This document shows, piece by piece, positions 24,772-37,922 of a stretch of DNA of 45,898 nucleotides. Both the position numbers and the translations under genes were made by a program. The notes under the pieces were generated by a model. It was not told the origin of the DNA. It saw only the letters and a list, made by a program, of their open reading frames with translations, and ran no database searches. Origin of the DNA: Pseudovirgaria hyperparasitica (lineage: Eukaryota). Location: assembly GCA_010093815.1 (NCBI GenBank), contig ML996603.1. One strand, written 5' to 3'. Every line of letters begins with the position of its first letter. The stretch's first letter is position 1.

Positions 24772-26037
24772 CGTGAAGATTGTGAACGTCGGAGAATGAG
24801 CATTTAGACGCCATGGCATATCCCTCAGAGAAAGCCATGTTAATTAACAGCAGCAACGCTAAGAATGTGTCACAAGGGGTGCAACGCACTCGTTGAGGTG
24901 GTACAGCTCTTGGCAGCCTTACGCTGAATCAGCCTGCTGTCGAAATCTTACGGGGTTGGTCGCATAAGCCTAATGAAGTTCTAGGAAGGGCAATCACAGG
25001 ATTTATTTTGTACGTAGGTGTGAGGGTCAGTCATCTCAGTCAGACAGACGCTACCAACTTCATCGAGCTTGAATATCCACTCACTACAAGATAAAACTAT
25101 ACGTTTAACTATACCGGCCTGACTTTCTTACGCCGGGCCATCATTCCAGTACTTGTGCCCGAGGATCTCTGACGCCATTATTACGAAAGTCGAAAGCGCT
25201 GCAGGAATCGAGACCGTCGATGGTATGGCTCAGGCTATTGAACAGATTCTTCCAAAGAATTTGACAGTTAGTACGAAGCGGTACTGCGTTGGTTACGAAG
25301 CTGAACTTAAGTGCGATAATCTGCCCATCAAGCCATCATCGATCGTACCGACAGACTCAACAGGCATTATACAGGCGATAAGCCCAGTATTAGACGAAGT
25401 CTTCGGCCAAATGTCTAAATTGTCTTAGCTGTCGCGATTGGACAGCCAAAAAGCGACGTAAGTTAAAGCGAGATTGGCTTATGTGGTTAACGTGGGCAAT
25501 TGGCTTACCTGCAGTATGTTTTATTCTTTTCTGTACAATAGTCGGTGCATTAAGCAGCGCAGCTTCTGTCGTTCGTATACTTCCGTCGACTCCCTGGATG
25601 AAGTTTAATCTTGGTCCATTGAGGGACTATGGAATAGCAGGGCTAATCTCCCTCTCCCTCTCCGGCACTTGCCAGCTTGGTGCACCAAGGCACATCGCTT
25701 CTGTACAGCCCGGTAGACGATGGCGTCACGACACGTTATGCGAGACTGCCGTACTTAGCGGCTCGAAGAATTCATTCGTCAGCGGTGTCCACATCTCCTC
25801 GAAGAGCAGCGACTACGAGCATCTTGACCGGGTTCTTAGTTGGTGTTCTTAAATCCAGGAGCCGGAAGCTGTCCCGCGAATATGCCGCTTGGCCCAACAG
25901 AGTTACTATCAGATAGTTCACAGTGTCATCATGCTGAGCCGTCTAATACTGAGCCGTTAAATCCACTAAGTCGCCGCCTGGTATCGGCTAAACTGGTAGG
26001 CCATGGATACTGAGCCATGGAATCGCAAGGACCTTAC

Positions 26038-26130
26038 GCACAACGCACAGGCTATCCTTGCTCAACGGTTCACGCAGCGGCTCGCAGACCCATATCTTAC
26101 TAGGCAGGAGAGTGAAGAGCTTCCTGCGCG
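26038..26130 (+). repeat. Copy of the homeobox segment 38210-38302; a third, inverted copy at about 37499-37579
   Basis: gctatccttgctcaac..ttcacgcagcggctcgcagacccatatcttactaggcagga shared. Confidence 0.9.
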
Positions 26131-26398
26131 CTCTCATCACTGCAAGGTATAATGCAGTTTATCGTCGAAATGCCACGCAGCGTTTCAATCTGGGAACTTC
26201 GGTGGAGTAAAGCGTGACAAAGTTGATTGACAGTCCTGTCTAGTCCAGCTAAGTAAGACCTGAGCAATATATATTTAGTCTGATCAGCTTGATTTAGTCC
26301 GTGTTCCCATTCATTGCTCTCACTCCGAGGCAAGTGGCTGCGATGAAATGTAAGTTATAGAGATGTAGCAGGAGTCCTACATATAATAGGCATGGTGA

Positions 26399-26890
26399 CT
26401 AGAAAGAGAAACGTTTGATCATATGCCCGCCAGGTACAAAGATAAGGACGAATGGGAGCTTATGATGACGCAGTAATAACGGCGAGAAGATAGTAGCCCG
26501 TATTGAACTGATACTTGGCTGTTGCCATCTTCTTTCGAGTACTCGTCCTTTCCACCCAATGCTTGAACACACTTGTGATAACCTTGACTTTTCGAACATC
26601 ATCAATGAACGCCTGCCATTGCAGCCAAGCCGTGTTGAATCTGTGCACGTCTTGCGATGTGCTTGATTTCTGCAAGCTATAAACGCCAAAGGATCTGGGG
26701 TGTTCATACTCTGGACTTTCTCGTTATCAAGTATGAGCCATAAGAGAGTACCGAGTCGCAGATTTGGTAAGGCTTGTCGACAGTGCGAAGGCCAGTCTAC
26801 TTTGGGGCAGGACTTCAAGATGAAGCCTAGACAAGTCCACTTCTGAAATTCTTCGCTGGAAAGGGCAGGTGCAAGCCGATGTGGTTTCAT
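26399..26890 (-). pseudogene. Hypothetical/chimeric ORF sharing upstream DNA and the first 20 codons with 40808-41404
   Basis: MKPHRLAPALSSEEFQKWTC vs MKLHWLAPALSSEAFQKWTC; DNA repeat 26832-26978 / 41346-41494. Confidence 0.35.
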
Positions 26891-28237
26891 GATCAGCTAG
26901 CGACTAGTCACCAGGCCAGCATCTCCATGGCTCGGTTTCACTCGTAACGATATCAGCGCTCAATAGTGTAGTGGCTCAGGTCTCTTGGCTGACAGATCTG
27001 AAGATGCTAGTAAGATGAAGGCGCTGATCATCTGGGAGAATGTAGTAACAAGGCCAACAGGACCAGAACTACCCCATTCCGATTTGCGTAACTCCAAAAC
27101 TATTCGAGACTTGCCCCCGTTCCAAGAAGTTTAAATTGGTTTAGAGAAGAGATAGGGATGATGTGAATGTATGAGCAGCAAGATCTCCGAGAGATTTCGC
27201 ACAGTCCGTCATAGATATAAAGCTCAAAGGCATCCGAAAGCCATTCCGCCAAGTTGAGGGGTTTGTAAGGCCGTTGTGGCTTTTTCTCGCCTGTTTATGA
27301 CGCTTGGAGAAGTCAGTCTCATGTATAATGTCGGACTGGGACACACACTGAGTTATAAGGACATTTGGGAGAAGTGATCTCCGTAGCAGAGATCGCGTAC
27401 GTGTGGACCAATGAAAAGGCTGACGCGATATGTCTGGCTTACCTGCTGCGTCTGATGTGCTCCTAAACGGCCCCTTCGTGCTTACGGGAGAAGTAATGAA
27501 GAGCTCAATGAGGATGGCGACTTGCAAGTTCCTAGCATGGTCACCTACACTCCTACCCAGGCAGATCATATTCATGATAGGGATGACCACAACGAGAATA
27601 TATGGACTGCTAATGGAGTTGTCTCTTTTAAGCACGGCTTCACGAGGTCGGGACCCATGCAGCTCGACAGGAATGCAGAACTAATTAGGCCTCCGAATGT
27701 TTTACCCAACCCAGTCATGACTGGGGATGCATCGACCACTCCTCGAGTCCACTAAGAAGAGCAGCCACTCCAGCAACATCCCGACTACCAAGAAGATCAT
27801 CATTCGTAATTATACCGTATGTCCGCCGTGAATGGAGCTCGTCACCTGAATCCAACTCACATATCAATGCAGGTCATTGTCTGCAACACAGACATGCTCC
27901 TTTCGCAAACCGATGTCTTTGTACAGGAGCCAGGCAAAGGACACATCGTGCCAGGTGCAAAGCCAGTGGTATTGATTGCCGAAAATAGACAGACCAGAAT
28001 GAATGCACGTAAAGAAGGGCTCACTTCGGTTTCCAGCGCGATTATACGAAAGCTTCTGTCATCACAGGTGAAAAGACCCGGATGATAGAGGAAAAATGAA
28101 TGAAGCTCTTCCCTCCTTGGCATGACTCTCTCTATCTTTTACATGAAGGTGTCATCTGCCATGAACCAGTCTTCTCGCTACGTAGTCTAACTGAGAGCCT
28201 CGTAAAGAGTTGACTCTTCGCTAATATACATGTGACC

Positions 28238-30072
28238 TTACACTGCTTGTCCCCGGTCTTTCTGGTCGGATCCAGTCTCCCTTGCCGTATGCTTCTTTAC
28301 GCTTTGATAGGGGCGGAAGTCGAGCTCTTCAACCACAACTCCTCGGTCTGCCTCTTGGCAGACAGCCCTACGGATAGCTTGATTGGTCAACTTATCAACA
28401 CACACTGTTGTGTAATGTTAGAAAGTGCTTCACCTTCTTCTGAGCAGCACTTACACAACACGATGGTACGGCCTTTGCGCTCGTGCAGCTCGTGCGCAAT
28501 AACACATGGCGTATCCATAGCGCAGAAGGTCTGCGTGATCCGAAGACCAAGGCGTTTGATATCTCCCTTGACCGTTTTCCGCGATAGGAATTCGCCACAG
28601 ACGAAAAGCTGTATGTTGAGGATCTGCTTCCCCGTCAGCGGAGCCTGGTTAAGCGATATTACCAAAGCTTACCAAGTCGCGATCTCTTGCGAGTAAGGAT
28701 TGCATAGTCTCCTGTACCCACGCCATGTGGACTGTCGCATAGGTTAGTTATCTCGCTTTGGGGTTTCTCAACTACTGAGCGACTCACGCTCGCAATCCAT
28801 TTGCCAAAACAATTTGACTCCTCGCGCCTTGGCGTCGTGTGCATCGTAGTTGTCGAGCAGTTGCGCTACGTAGCCGATCTGGCCAATGATTCCAGTCCCT
28901 GTCGCGAAGAGTAAGACTGTCCCATACCCGCTCAAGTCCAATTCACGCCCGAAGGGGCCTTCGACAATTGCGCTGTAGCCTACGGCAGCCTTCAGCTGAG
29001 GTCGTGAGAGCTGACGAGTAAACCCTTTTCTTCTTTGAGCAATAATTGTAATGATCGTCTTGTCATGCTCTTGCAATGTCTGGTATATGTAGAATGGGTG
29101 AGACTCCAGGAAGGCCAGCGAGCTGGCACTAGGAACAGTGATATACACGTACTGTCCCGCACGCGGCTTCCATGAGCGAGCCAAACAAATATGCAACTGG
29201 ACTGTGTCGGTCAGCAGTATATCATTGTGACCTGTGCGATGATAGACAACCTCATGCATTGTAGCACAGGGCTTTGCACCGCCTCGTGCAACGTTGCGGT
29301 ACAGTGCATAGGCAAGGCGCATCATGTTTACGGACAGGTAGATGCCAGCCGCAACCACAAGATACAGCAGCGGCGGCTTGTGATATTCCGAGTTATTAAG
29401 ATGCAGTCGCACAGCAATACAAACTGCGAGGAACAGAACCACGTGGGCCTTCATGAACCATTCGTAGAAGTATACGCGGATTGGACCTACAGATGATAGT
29501 AGTAGGAGTGCCATTCCAGCTGTAGCCTGTTACACAACGGTCAGAACGAGATAGGACTCAACCGGAAGACCTACTGTGAGGGAAGCCACGTTTGGAGCTT
29601 GATTCATGGGGTGAGTCTGCAGAGCGAGAGCAATCCCGGCGTGGGTGGCGGCTTCCAAGATGGCCAGGACTCCAAGAAGATAATGCACACGGAAGTATAG
29701 TGGCAAGGGAACCAGAGCAAGATCAGCCACTGCATTCATTCGAGCCCCCATGGCAAGACATGCTACATTAATGACAGACATGCGTGCTGTCCGGCGCGAG
29801 ACATCGGAGTAACCGTGTACATGCACGGCAGCCGATAACACGTTGATGAGGAAGACTAGGACCAGTAGTGTCGCGTGTGAGTGTGGAATCGAGTGCAGCA
29901 GCCGGATAACCTGCCCCGTCTTATAGCAAGCGCGGCGAAACCATCTAGCTACTGGGCGTGGGTAGAGTGAGCGTACAACAAAGAGACATAAAGATGTGGC
30001 GAGGATAACAGCTATTGCACCGCCAAGAACGATTGAGTACCAGAACGTGAAGTCCACGCTCTGGAACTCCAT
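28238..30072 (-). CDS. Ferric reductase/NADPH-oxidase-like (FRE) membrane protein, 5 exons (30072-29575, 29526-28788, 28731-28673, 28623-28455, 28404-28238)
   Basis: TM helices with heme His (FRVHYLLG..ATH; YEWFMKAH..LH); FAD motifs RAGQYVYI and ESHPF; NADPH motifs VEGPFG and VLLFATGTGI; C-terminal ELDFRP; canonical introns keep the frame open. Confidence 0.9.
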
Positions 30073-30238
30073 AGCAAGTCTAAAGCGCATGCAGCAGTAA
30101 CCGTCGCTTTTCGAGTGAGCTGGTGAATCCATTAAAGGAGTGCTCTAGCCAAGGTCAGTATTTGGCCCTGTTCTATTTAAGGAGCTGGCCTTCACCAGAT
30201 AGGAGCATATACAATCGGATAGGTCCTAGATTAGGATT

Positions 30239-30292
30239 GTATATACCTAAGTATAGCCTGAAATGAGGCACCGGCTATACTTAGGCATATAC
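30239..30292. repeat. 20-bp-stem inverted repeat in the FRE/chitinase divergent intergenic region
   Basis: GTATATACCTAAGTATAGCC-N14-GGCTATACTTAGGCATATAC, one mismatch. Confidence 0.85.
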
Positions 30293-30829
30293 CCTACTTT
30301 ATTCAATCTAACACAATCAATCTGACCAATCGTATTGAGACTGTACCGTCTTGGCACTCATTTTGAGGCGTGGATTGAGCTTGTATTCTCTAACAAAATT
30401 TTGGCCCAGATTGAGATTGCATAGATTCGGTTTGTATATGCCCATCTCTGGCTTTCACACACCAGTATAGCGCGCACTATCGATGGTAGAGCCGCCCAAT
30501 ACTTAAGCATAATCAGAGTGTAAATATCTACTAAAGGCAGGCAGAAAGATCTCTCTAGGGTCGTAGGATTGTTCGTGTCTCACGACGACAGCAGACATAA
30601 ATACACTGCACTGGTTGTGGTCCGGCCCATTTTTCTTCCTGGTACTAAAGATAGCCGTAATGTGGAAGGGCGCTCAAGACGCTGCACACTTTGCGCGGCT
30701 GCACACTTTGCGCCACTGTCTATCCCCCAAGAGATGGTGGGGCACCCTCGTTCCCCTCTTCCACTGAGCTTCGTGCACCGTATCTAAACCCCTTCTCTCA
30801 AGTGTAACACTGCAGCATCTTCAAAAGTT

Positions 30830-32389
30830 ATGCTAAAGTTTGCTCTCCCAGTGATTCTGACCTTCTTAGGCATAGCGAGAAGCGTGTCCCAGCAAGATAC
30901 TCAGTCACCTCGATTGGTCATGTACTATGATCAGTAAGCATATCCTGAGGCAACTTCAGGAGGCGCACAACACTAAACAGGTATCAGATGGCATCCAGAT
31001 GCTTCGATGGATTTGATATGTTCCAAAGGAATCACGCATTTTATATTGTCGTTCATGCTAAGCCACCACCTTAACAACGAAACACTCGATCCACTGTGGA
31101 CGGCTGGTGAACCTGGCCATAAATGGCATGTCAATGCGTTGAAAAGCCTGAAAGTGAATTGCCCCGATGTCCAACTCAGTCTTGCGATTGGCGGATGGAA
31201 CGACGACCCCGAAATCGGTTGGCGGAAGACCATAGAGAGCGACGCTAGCCTGTCTCTGTTCGCACATAATCTCCACAGAGTTCTCTATGGCGATTTCCCC
31301 ATATTTGAAAACCATCAATTCGATGGAGTTGGTAAGTAAGTCCCTTCAAACTTCCTGTTGGAATGCTATTGATCGCCGTAGATATCGACTGGGAATATCC
31401 AGGCGGGAATGCTGTTGACTACAAGAGTAGCCCACAGGCCGCAGACCGTTTGCTCGGCGAAACGGACGGTTACGTCAAGCTTCTCCAGGCTATTCACGCC
31501 GATCTATCACCAGACGGAAAACATTTGTCCATTGCAGTTCCAGGAAGGCCTAGTGACATGCTTGTCTTCGAAGACAGTGCCAAGGCTAAAATGATATTTG
31601 AGTCCGTGGACTTCGTCAATCTAATGACATATGACCTTTACAATCGACGAGATAACATCACCGCCCATCACTCCTCGGTGGAAGGCACCTTGGCTACGGC
31701 GAACGCATATCTCGAAAAGGGACTACTTCCGGGCAAGATCAATCTCGGGTTTGCACTGTATGCTAAGTGGGCTCATGTGAGCGGCATCTGTACTCAGCTG
31801 GGTGGGCTTGGCTGCGATACGTTTGCCCTGGAAGACAGCCAAGGAGCAGATACCTTTCAATCCGGCTCCATGACTTTCGAAATGAAGAACACGTTAGACG
31901 TCCCTCAGAGCTTCTCTGTGCCGGATGGTGGTCGCTGCGGCCCTGGTACAGGAGCCAAATGTAGTCCGGGCTTCTGCTGCTCCAGCAAGGGCTGGTGGTG
32001 TGTACGATGCCGTTGTTAATGCTCTAGAGAACTAACCCAAGTTCTAGTGGCGACACTCCCGAGCACTGTGGCTATGGTAGATGCAATCCTCCATATAGCG
32101 GCTCCGACAGCTGCCAAGGTCCTGACCTCTGGAAATCCTGGAAAGCCGCGCTCGCGGATCCTATAGACGACAGTCATCGCCGTCGACAAATCCTTCTAGT
32201 ATCAGTCAGGTTGATCAACCAACAGGCGTTGTAGTAAACGTAAACGCCGGCAGCGAGCCACTGCAGTCTTCACCGTCGAAAGAGTCTCCACCAGATGGTG
32301 GAGTCGTAGACTTGGTGGTTACCCTAACAGCAGATTTTACGCCGCCTCCTGTGGTCACGATCGTAACTTGGATAACGCAGGTGGGCTAG
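30830..32389 (+). pseudogene. Secreted GH18 chitinase with an inserted hevein-like CBM18; C-terminal barrel deleted (introns 30934-30987, 31332-31381, 31998-32047)
   Basis: Signal peptide MLKFALPVILTFLGIA; MYYDQWHP; LAIGGW; FDGVDIDWEYP; NLMTYDL; CGPGTGAKCSPGFCCSSKGWCGDTPEHC. After DPIDD (about 32170) the sequence jumps out of frame into a S/T/P-rich tail; early stop at 32232-32234. Confidence 0.88.
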
Positions 32390-32619
32390 CTTTGCATCAT
32401 TGGGCCCTGATTCCCCAGACATTATTGAGAGTCACATGGAATAGAAATGACGGGTTTTGACTTGCTGTAACACGGTTTCTGATAAGAACCTTCACAGGAA
32501 ATTAATGAAGCTCTTCCCTCCTTGGCATGACTATCTCTATCTCTTACATGAAGGTGTCATCTGTCTCTCGACTTAGCGACTGCTCACGAACATTCGACCT
32601 CAATGTAGAGCAGTCAGAT

Positions 32620-32962
32620 GCATCCGACAATAAAGTCTCTTTAGAGAGATAGAGAGGTATCTTAAATGGTTCTTAGAAGAGGGCCCGTGCGAAAACCGCG
32701 TCAGGTTCTAGGAACACCACCTTGTTCCTCTTCTCCAAGAAACTAGACCCTCTTATTATAGAGTAAATTAGAGGGTATAGAGCTTAAAAAATATATAGGA
32801 TTAATCGCCTTACTCTACTCTATAAGTCTATATAGATATTATTATATATAGACCTCAATATAGAGTTAGAGAGGTAAAATAACCATCTAATTTGGGTGTG
32901 TGAACACACGCGTGGAATCGAAAAATGCCGAGCGACTCAGGTTCTAGGAAAACGACGGATGG
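32620..32962. mobile_element. RIP'd transposon relic
   Basis: TpA-rich core; direct repeat TCAGGTTCTAGGAA at 32701 and 32937; ends in GACGGATGG like the TIR elements at 18.2-19.4 kb. Confidence 0.5.
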
Positions 32963-33171
32963 ACAAACGGATTGTCGGGTCGACCGACACCACCATTGCC
33001 GCGCGCGCGAAGCGAGAAAGGCACAGCCGTAGCGCAGGGTCGTTTATAATTCCCCTTTAGTTCGCATTGAGTGCCGCTAGAACGAGCGGAGAAGACTGCA
33101 AAGTAGCCATTCGGCCACTCGGGACATCGTCATCGGCTACACGTACTTGCCAGAACCCTGAGTATCGGGCA

Positions 33172-33855
33172 CTAAAGTGCTGGAACCATGAGGAGCTCAA
33201 GCCGTGCTACCTGCTCAGTGGGTACACTTGGGACACCACCACAGTCACTACTATGAGGCTCATATGGTCTCCATAAGACGTCCTGCAACGAGTCCCAGCT
33301 CTGAATGGTGTATTCATGATCGATCAACTGCGCTGGTCGATAGTCCAGGCTTCGTAGCTCTGACTCTATCAGGTAAGGAGATCCATTGGCGCCTGACATA
33401 AAGTCGCACGACCCGGCAGTATCTTGTGCAAGATCAAAATCATGTAGATTTAATATCGATTCTGTAGAGCTCTGGGGGGGATCCCTGCTCTCTTGCTCTC
33501 TAGCCCTCTTTACGTTTTGTTCCTGGTATAGCTGTTGTATGTATTCGTCGACGTACTTTGAGAAGAGAACCTGATCATGGTATTGCAACAACGACTCCTT
33601 GATCACGGATTGGCCCATCTTGAGGTCCCACCCCTGCTCCCACAGTCCCGGATGTCTTTTTCTTAGTATGTCAAGACGGCTGCGCAGAGATGCCAGTGAC
33701 CTTCGTTGTTGATACTTAAGGGCGTTTTGGAGGGTAGTAGCGCAGTCTTTGAATGTTTTGCGACCAAATATCTTGAAGAAAGCGAGTAGAGCCATTTCCA
33801 GCTCAGTCCAATGGTGATAGGCTCGGGAACATCGTCGAGCCCGAGATCGTTTCAT
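33172..33855 (-). CDS. 227-aa protein with an N-terminal Myb/SANT-like HTH
   Basis: HHWTELEMALL..TFKDCATTL..RRSLASLRSRLDILRK followed by an acidic C-terminus. Confidence 0.55.
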   Translation of the reverse strand: MKRSRARRCSRAYHHWTELEMALLAFFKIFGRKTFKDCATTLQNALKYQQRRSLASLRSRLDILRKRHPGLWEQGWDLKMGQSVIKESLLQYHDQVLFSKYVDEYIQQLYQEQNVKRAREQESRDPPQSSTESILNLHDFDLAQDTAGSCDFMSGANGSPYLIESELRSLDYRPAQLIDHEYTIQSWDSLQDVLWRPYEPHSSDCGGVPSVPTEQVARLELLMVPAL

Positions 33856-35392
33856 GTCTCAAGAGTCTGGTAATCGAGAGTTGAGAAAAGATCGAAACGA
33901 TCGCCTTGCTAGAGTCGATGTAGATATTATAATAGAAGACTCTTCTATAGAGGTAGAGAGGCAAACTACTAAGCGCTAGCCAAGTACAGCCTTGCATGCC
34001 TAGACTTCATTCGCGCGCAGTGCCTGCAGTGGCGATTTCAAGTCTACCAGTCTTTGTTCGCACGTTCGATGCAAGCCTTATTAGAGGAAATTGTCTGCAG
34101 TCAGTCATGGTCATCAACACCTAAAACAGCCCGAGAATCTCGCCAGATCCTTGAAAGTGGGGATACAAAGAATCCTTGGCTGCACTCTCTCGTCAGCCCG
34201 GTCTACTCCGGTACGGCGCAGTCTATCGCACCTCCTTTGGCTGCCTAAACTAGGAGCGCTAATACAACCGGGTAAGACATGAATGGCTCTTCTTCACACC
34301 TAGGCATTGCTGGGAGGCTATCCTTGACGGAACGCCAGAATAATCAACAAAGGCATGGCGACTGTGCCTCAAAGCCGTCCCGTACTGGGCTAATGCATCA
34401 GAGATAACGTTACACGACACTTGAACGATGCGGTATACCCCACATATCTTCTTTCTTGCATAGATTAGACGAGCGAATGGCCATTAAAATTGCAGCCGGA
34501 CTGTCGGAGAAACCGCTCGTGAATGCAGACTAATTACCGTGTCACAGCTCGTAAGGCTACGACTAGCGCCCGTTATGCGGCTCCTTCCATCTTAGCCCGT
34601 CGCGCAGTCTTTAAATTTTTTTGCGGCTAAATATCCCGAAGTAGGCGAGGAGAGCTATTACAAGCTCAGTCCAGGAGTAGTAGAGTTAGGGGCACCATCG
34701 ATCCTGAGATAGTTTCATGCCTTAAGAGTCTAAAAGAAAATAATCTGCGTAAGGCGGCTTAATATTCAAACCAGGTCATAGGGTAGCGCCACGCGGGCAG
34801 AACAAAGCAGAATATCAAGGGCAGCGATTTAGACAGACGGCTAATTAGATGATCCTCCACCGTCCTTGTTACCACGGTGCCGCCATGGCGGGTAAAGTCA
34901 CGCGAAGCTAGAAATGTAAAGGAGCCGTGGGAGCTAATTACCCAGGAGGCGCTAGTTACAGCCTGACACCTTCACTCGCATTTCTTGCGCTATCGCGCTC
35001 ATTCGACTAGGCGTGTTCCGCGTAACAATCACATCATGCGCATAATAGGAAATGAAGTGTGACATCCATCGGCTTATCGATAGGGGTGCTGAATATCACA
35101 CTATTCTTCATTCGTATTTCGACTGATTTTAACATGACGACCGTGATGATCACTAGAGCCGATATTACACATGTCTTAAGAATGCCACCTATATCCCGAC
35201 GCAGTCTCTCTACAATGTATCTACTACTGAGCATCCCATACATTGTTCCATGGTGCCTTGGGTGCATCTAACTAAAGCTTGTAGCGGAGATTGATTGACA
35301 GCATATGTCTCTAGCTTTGTTAAAGTTGACTCATAATCTAGAGATGTGGCGATAGCTTACTTACTGCTTCTGCAGGCAAGGCGGCAGCTGTC

Positions 35393-35566
35393 TCATTTCT
35401 TTGTAAGACGGAAGTATCTGTTCCTAATCGCGTCTTCGCTGCGAGGGCGGTTCGAGAACTTTTCGTTATACAACTTTACAAGCTCCCCCCAACTTATGCT
35501 CGGATTCTTCTCTAACATTGTGATTAGCCAAGCATTTTCTTCCTCTGTCCAAGCAAGTCCGGCCAT
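35393..35566 (-). pseudogene. Small Myb/SANT-like domain ORF (57 aa), possibly prematurely stopped (CGA->TGA); not in the ORF track
   Basis: MAGLAWTEEENAWLITMLEKNPSISWGELVKLYNEKFSNRPRSEDAIRNRYFRLTKK*; a GTAAGT donor follows about 30 nt downstream. Confidence 0.7.
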
Positions 35567-35775
35567 GTCGAAAGTAATGAGTGCTTAGCAGGTGGTGTAT
35601 ACATAACACCTGCGGGTACTGTACAGTAGACTGAAGGCTTTATAGGTTAACCAAGTCGTCCGTCTTAACACCTGCACATGTACGGCGCAGTATGGTAGTG
35701 ACGCTACACTAACGTGTACTCGCATTCCGGCTTAATGTCGCTATCTACTAGAAGACTGTCTGTCAGAGGAGGAAC

Positions 35776-35858
35776 TTTTGCTGAGCCATGATTTTGCCGA
35801 GCCATGATTTTGCTGAGCCATGATTTTGCTGAGCCATGATTTTGCTGAGCCATGATTT
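35776..35858. repeat. 16-bp tandem repeat (TTTTGCTGAGCCATGA) x5
   Basis: Seen directly, with one variant unit. Confidence 0.95.
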
Positions 35859-36835
35859 AGTAGTAGCAATCAATCTTACTCTAAAACTTCGACTGGGGTA
35901 GCCCAGGACTTTTTGTACCTACCGCGTATAGACGAGTACCTACGTGCCTTCGGCCAGTCAACAGTGTTTAGCAGGAGGACTTGACTTCAGGGTTCTGGCA
36001 AGTACGTGTAGCCGATGACGATGTCCCGAGTGGCCGAATGGCTACTTTGCAGTCTTCTCCGCTCGTTCTAGCGGCACTCAATGCGAACTAAAGGGGAATT
36101 AAAAACGACCCTGCGCTACGGCTGTGCCTTTCTCGCTTCGCGCGCGCGGCAATGGTGGTGTCGGTCGACCCGACAATCCGTTTGTCCGAATTCGACGTAG
36201 GTTAAAAGCTGGCTGCTTGCGACAGCATATGGTAGGATACGAGGAATGGATAGCTGTCCTATGTTGCCGTTGGTGGTAAGAGACTATGCCTATGTTAGCT
36301 TTGTCGCCACTTGTCTGCGCATAGAGCTTTACCTGTCTCAAAGTACTGACGGTGAGGTGTGCTAGGCACAGGTACCATATCATCTGAGAGTACTCAGGCT
36401 CATCAAGTATAAGATAGCTAAAAAGTGTGCTGAGCCCGCTGCAGGTCATTTTCAGCTGACTGGTCGCTGCGTGTCGGAATCGAAGGATGAGAGCCATTCC
36501 ACACTGGATAAGCAGTAAGAGAAATAGAGAAGAATATACCATGCAATCGAACACAGAACATAGAAAGAGCGGGCCGAACAGTATTGAGACATCTTGCGGC
36601 ATGTTAGAACATCCTATAGGGAGTGGTTGGTGTTGCTTCTATCAATTTTATAAGGAAGAGTAACGTTGGGCTGTACATATCTATACTATTTTTAGAGCGA
36701 GGGCTACCTCATCCATGCGCATAAAGAGCGGCGGGGCGGGGGGCGAAGCAGTACCTTACAGGCCGATCCATATTAGGACCGCAGTCGATATATTTAGACG
36801 TCCCCTTGGACTAAAAAGCGAACGCTGCTATCGTG

Positions 36836-37075
36836 GACGGTATGTGTCAGCGGGCCACACTTTTTTTTTACCGAGGGCACACACCTTAAAAGCATACTCA
36901 TATATATTAAACCTACTCCCCCCCTCTCTAAATATCCCTCTCTTTATATATAATACGTGCCTATCTATATATATTTTCTCTCTTTATATAATAGCGTAAT
37001 AGATAGCCTATCTCTAGATAGAGATTATCTTAAAATATACCTCTAGTTATACCTAGAATAATCTCCTAGCCTCTT
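36836..37075. mobile_element. RIP'd AT-rich relic
   Basis: Strong TpA excess and CpA/TpG depletion. Confidence 0.5.
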
Positions 37076-37180
37076 ATCCCAAGCCGGCTGATCCTCCGTC
37101 CGTAGAAACAATAACAAAGCGGCCTACAAAGCGCAGGCTAGACACAAACAAGAATTTGCCGGTACCAAGACTTGCACAGA

Positions 37181-37458
37181 TGATTGAGAGGAAGATGTCT
37201 GAGAACTTCCAGCTAAGAGAAGAGTTGCAGTGGGAGCGAGACCGCTTCTGGTCAAGCTGCCAGGCAAAATCATTCCTTGCAGCAGAGGTTCAAGCCGTGG
37301 TAGAGAACCTTCGTCAGATCCTAGCCGACTTCGAGCGGCTTGTCGCACCAGAAGATGCTCTGAGCCAGCCTAGAGACTTGCCTTGGAGCGAGAGCGATGA
37401 ATGGGACATTGAAAGGGCGCAGGCTCCACGTGCCCAACGCTGTGTGGCATTTCACTGA
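37181..37458 (+). CDS. Small coiled-coil hypothetical protein, 5' part degraded
   Basis: MIERKMSENFQLREELQWER..EVQAVVENLRQILADFE amphipathic pattern. Confidence 0.35.
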
Positions 37459-37922
37459 GAAACTGCATTATACCTTGCAGTGATGAGGGCGCGCAGGAAT
37501 CCTGCCTAGTAAGATATGGGTCTGCGAGCCGCTACGTGAACCGTTGAGCAAGGATAGCGTGCGCTTTGTGCGGAAAGTTACTTGCGTATTCGTTTCCGTC
37601 GGCCTACATAAGTCCGTCATGGTTAAGTAGCATAGATTAAGCTGCGAGTTTCGGTAGGTGACAGTATACGGACTGGAGGGTTGATTCTCGGGCCACTGGC
37701 AAGATGAGCTGCCAAACTAGTGGAGCCGTATAGATACTGAGCCGTTAAACCCACCATACTGAGCCATGAGATCCATCAAGGTATCGCCGCTGAGCCGTAA
37801 ATATACTAGGACAGTATATATGTGCTATCAGGCTCGCAGGAGCCTCTCCTCGAGTCTAAAACGAGTGCAGACCAAGCCCAGTCAGTAGCGATACTATGAC
37901 ACACAAATTATGCTACTAAACC

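Larger units (their letters stand above)
32961..36187. repeat. 201-bp inverted repeat pair (32961-33161 / 35987-36187)
   Basis: Base-by-base comparison gives a single mismatch (cgtttAtaatt vs cgtttTtaatt). Confidence 0.95.

Noticed and set aside
35776..35858. CRISPR-like array
   Set aside because: Head-to-tail 16-bp units with no unique spacers, no cas genes, and a eukaryotic context
36099..36602. 167-aa membrane-like ORF
   Set aside because: Runs into the inverted-repeat arm and has no family motif; probably spurious
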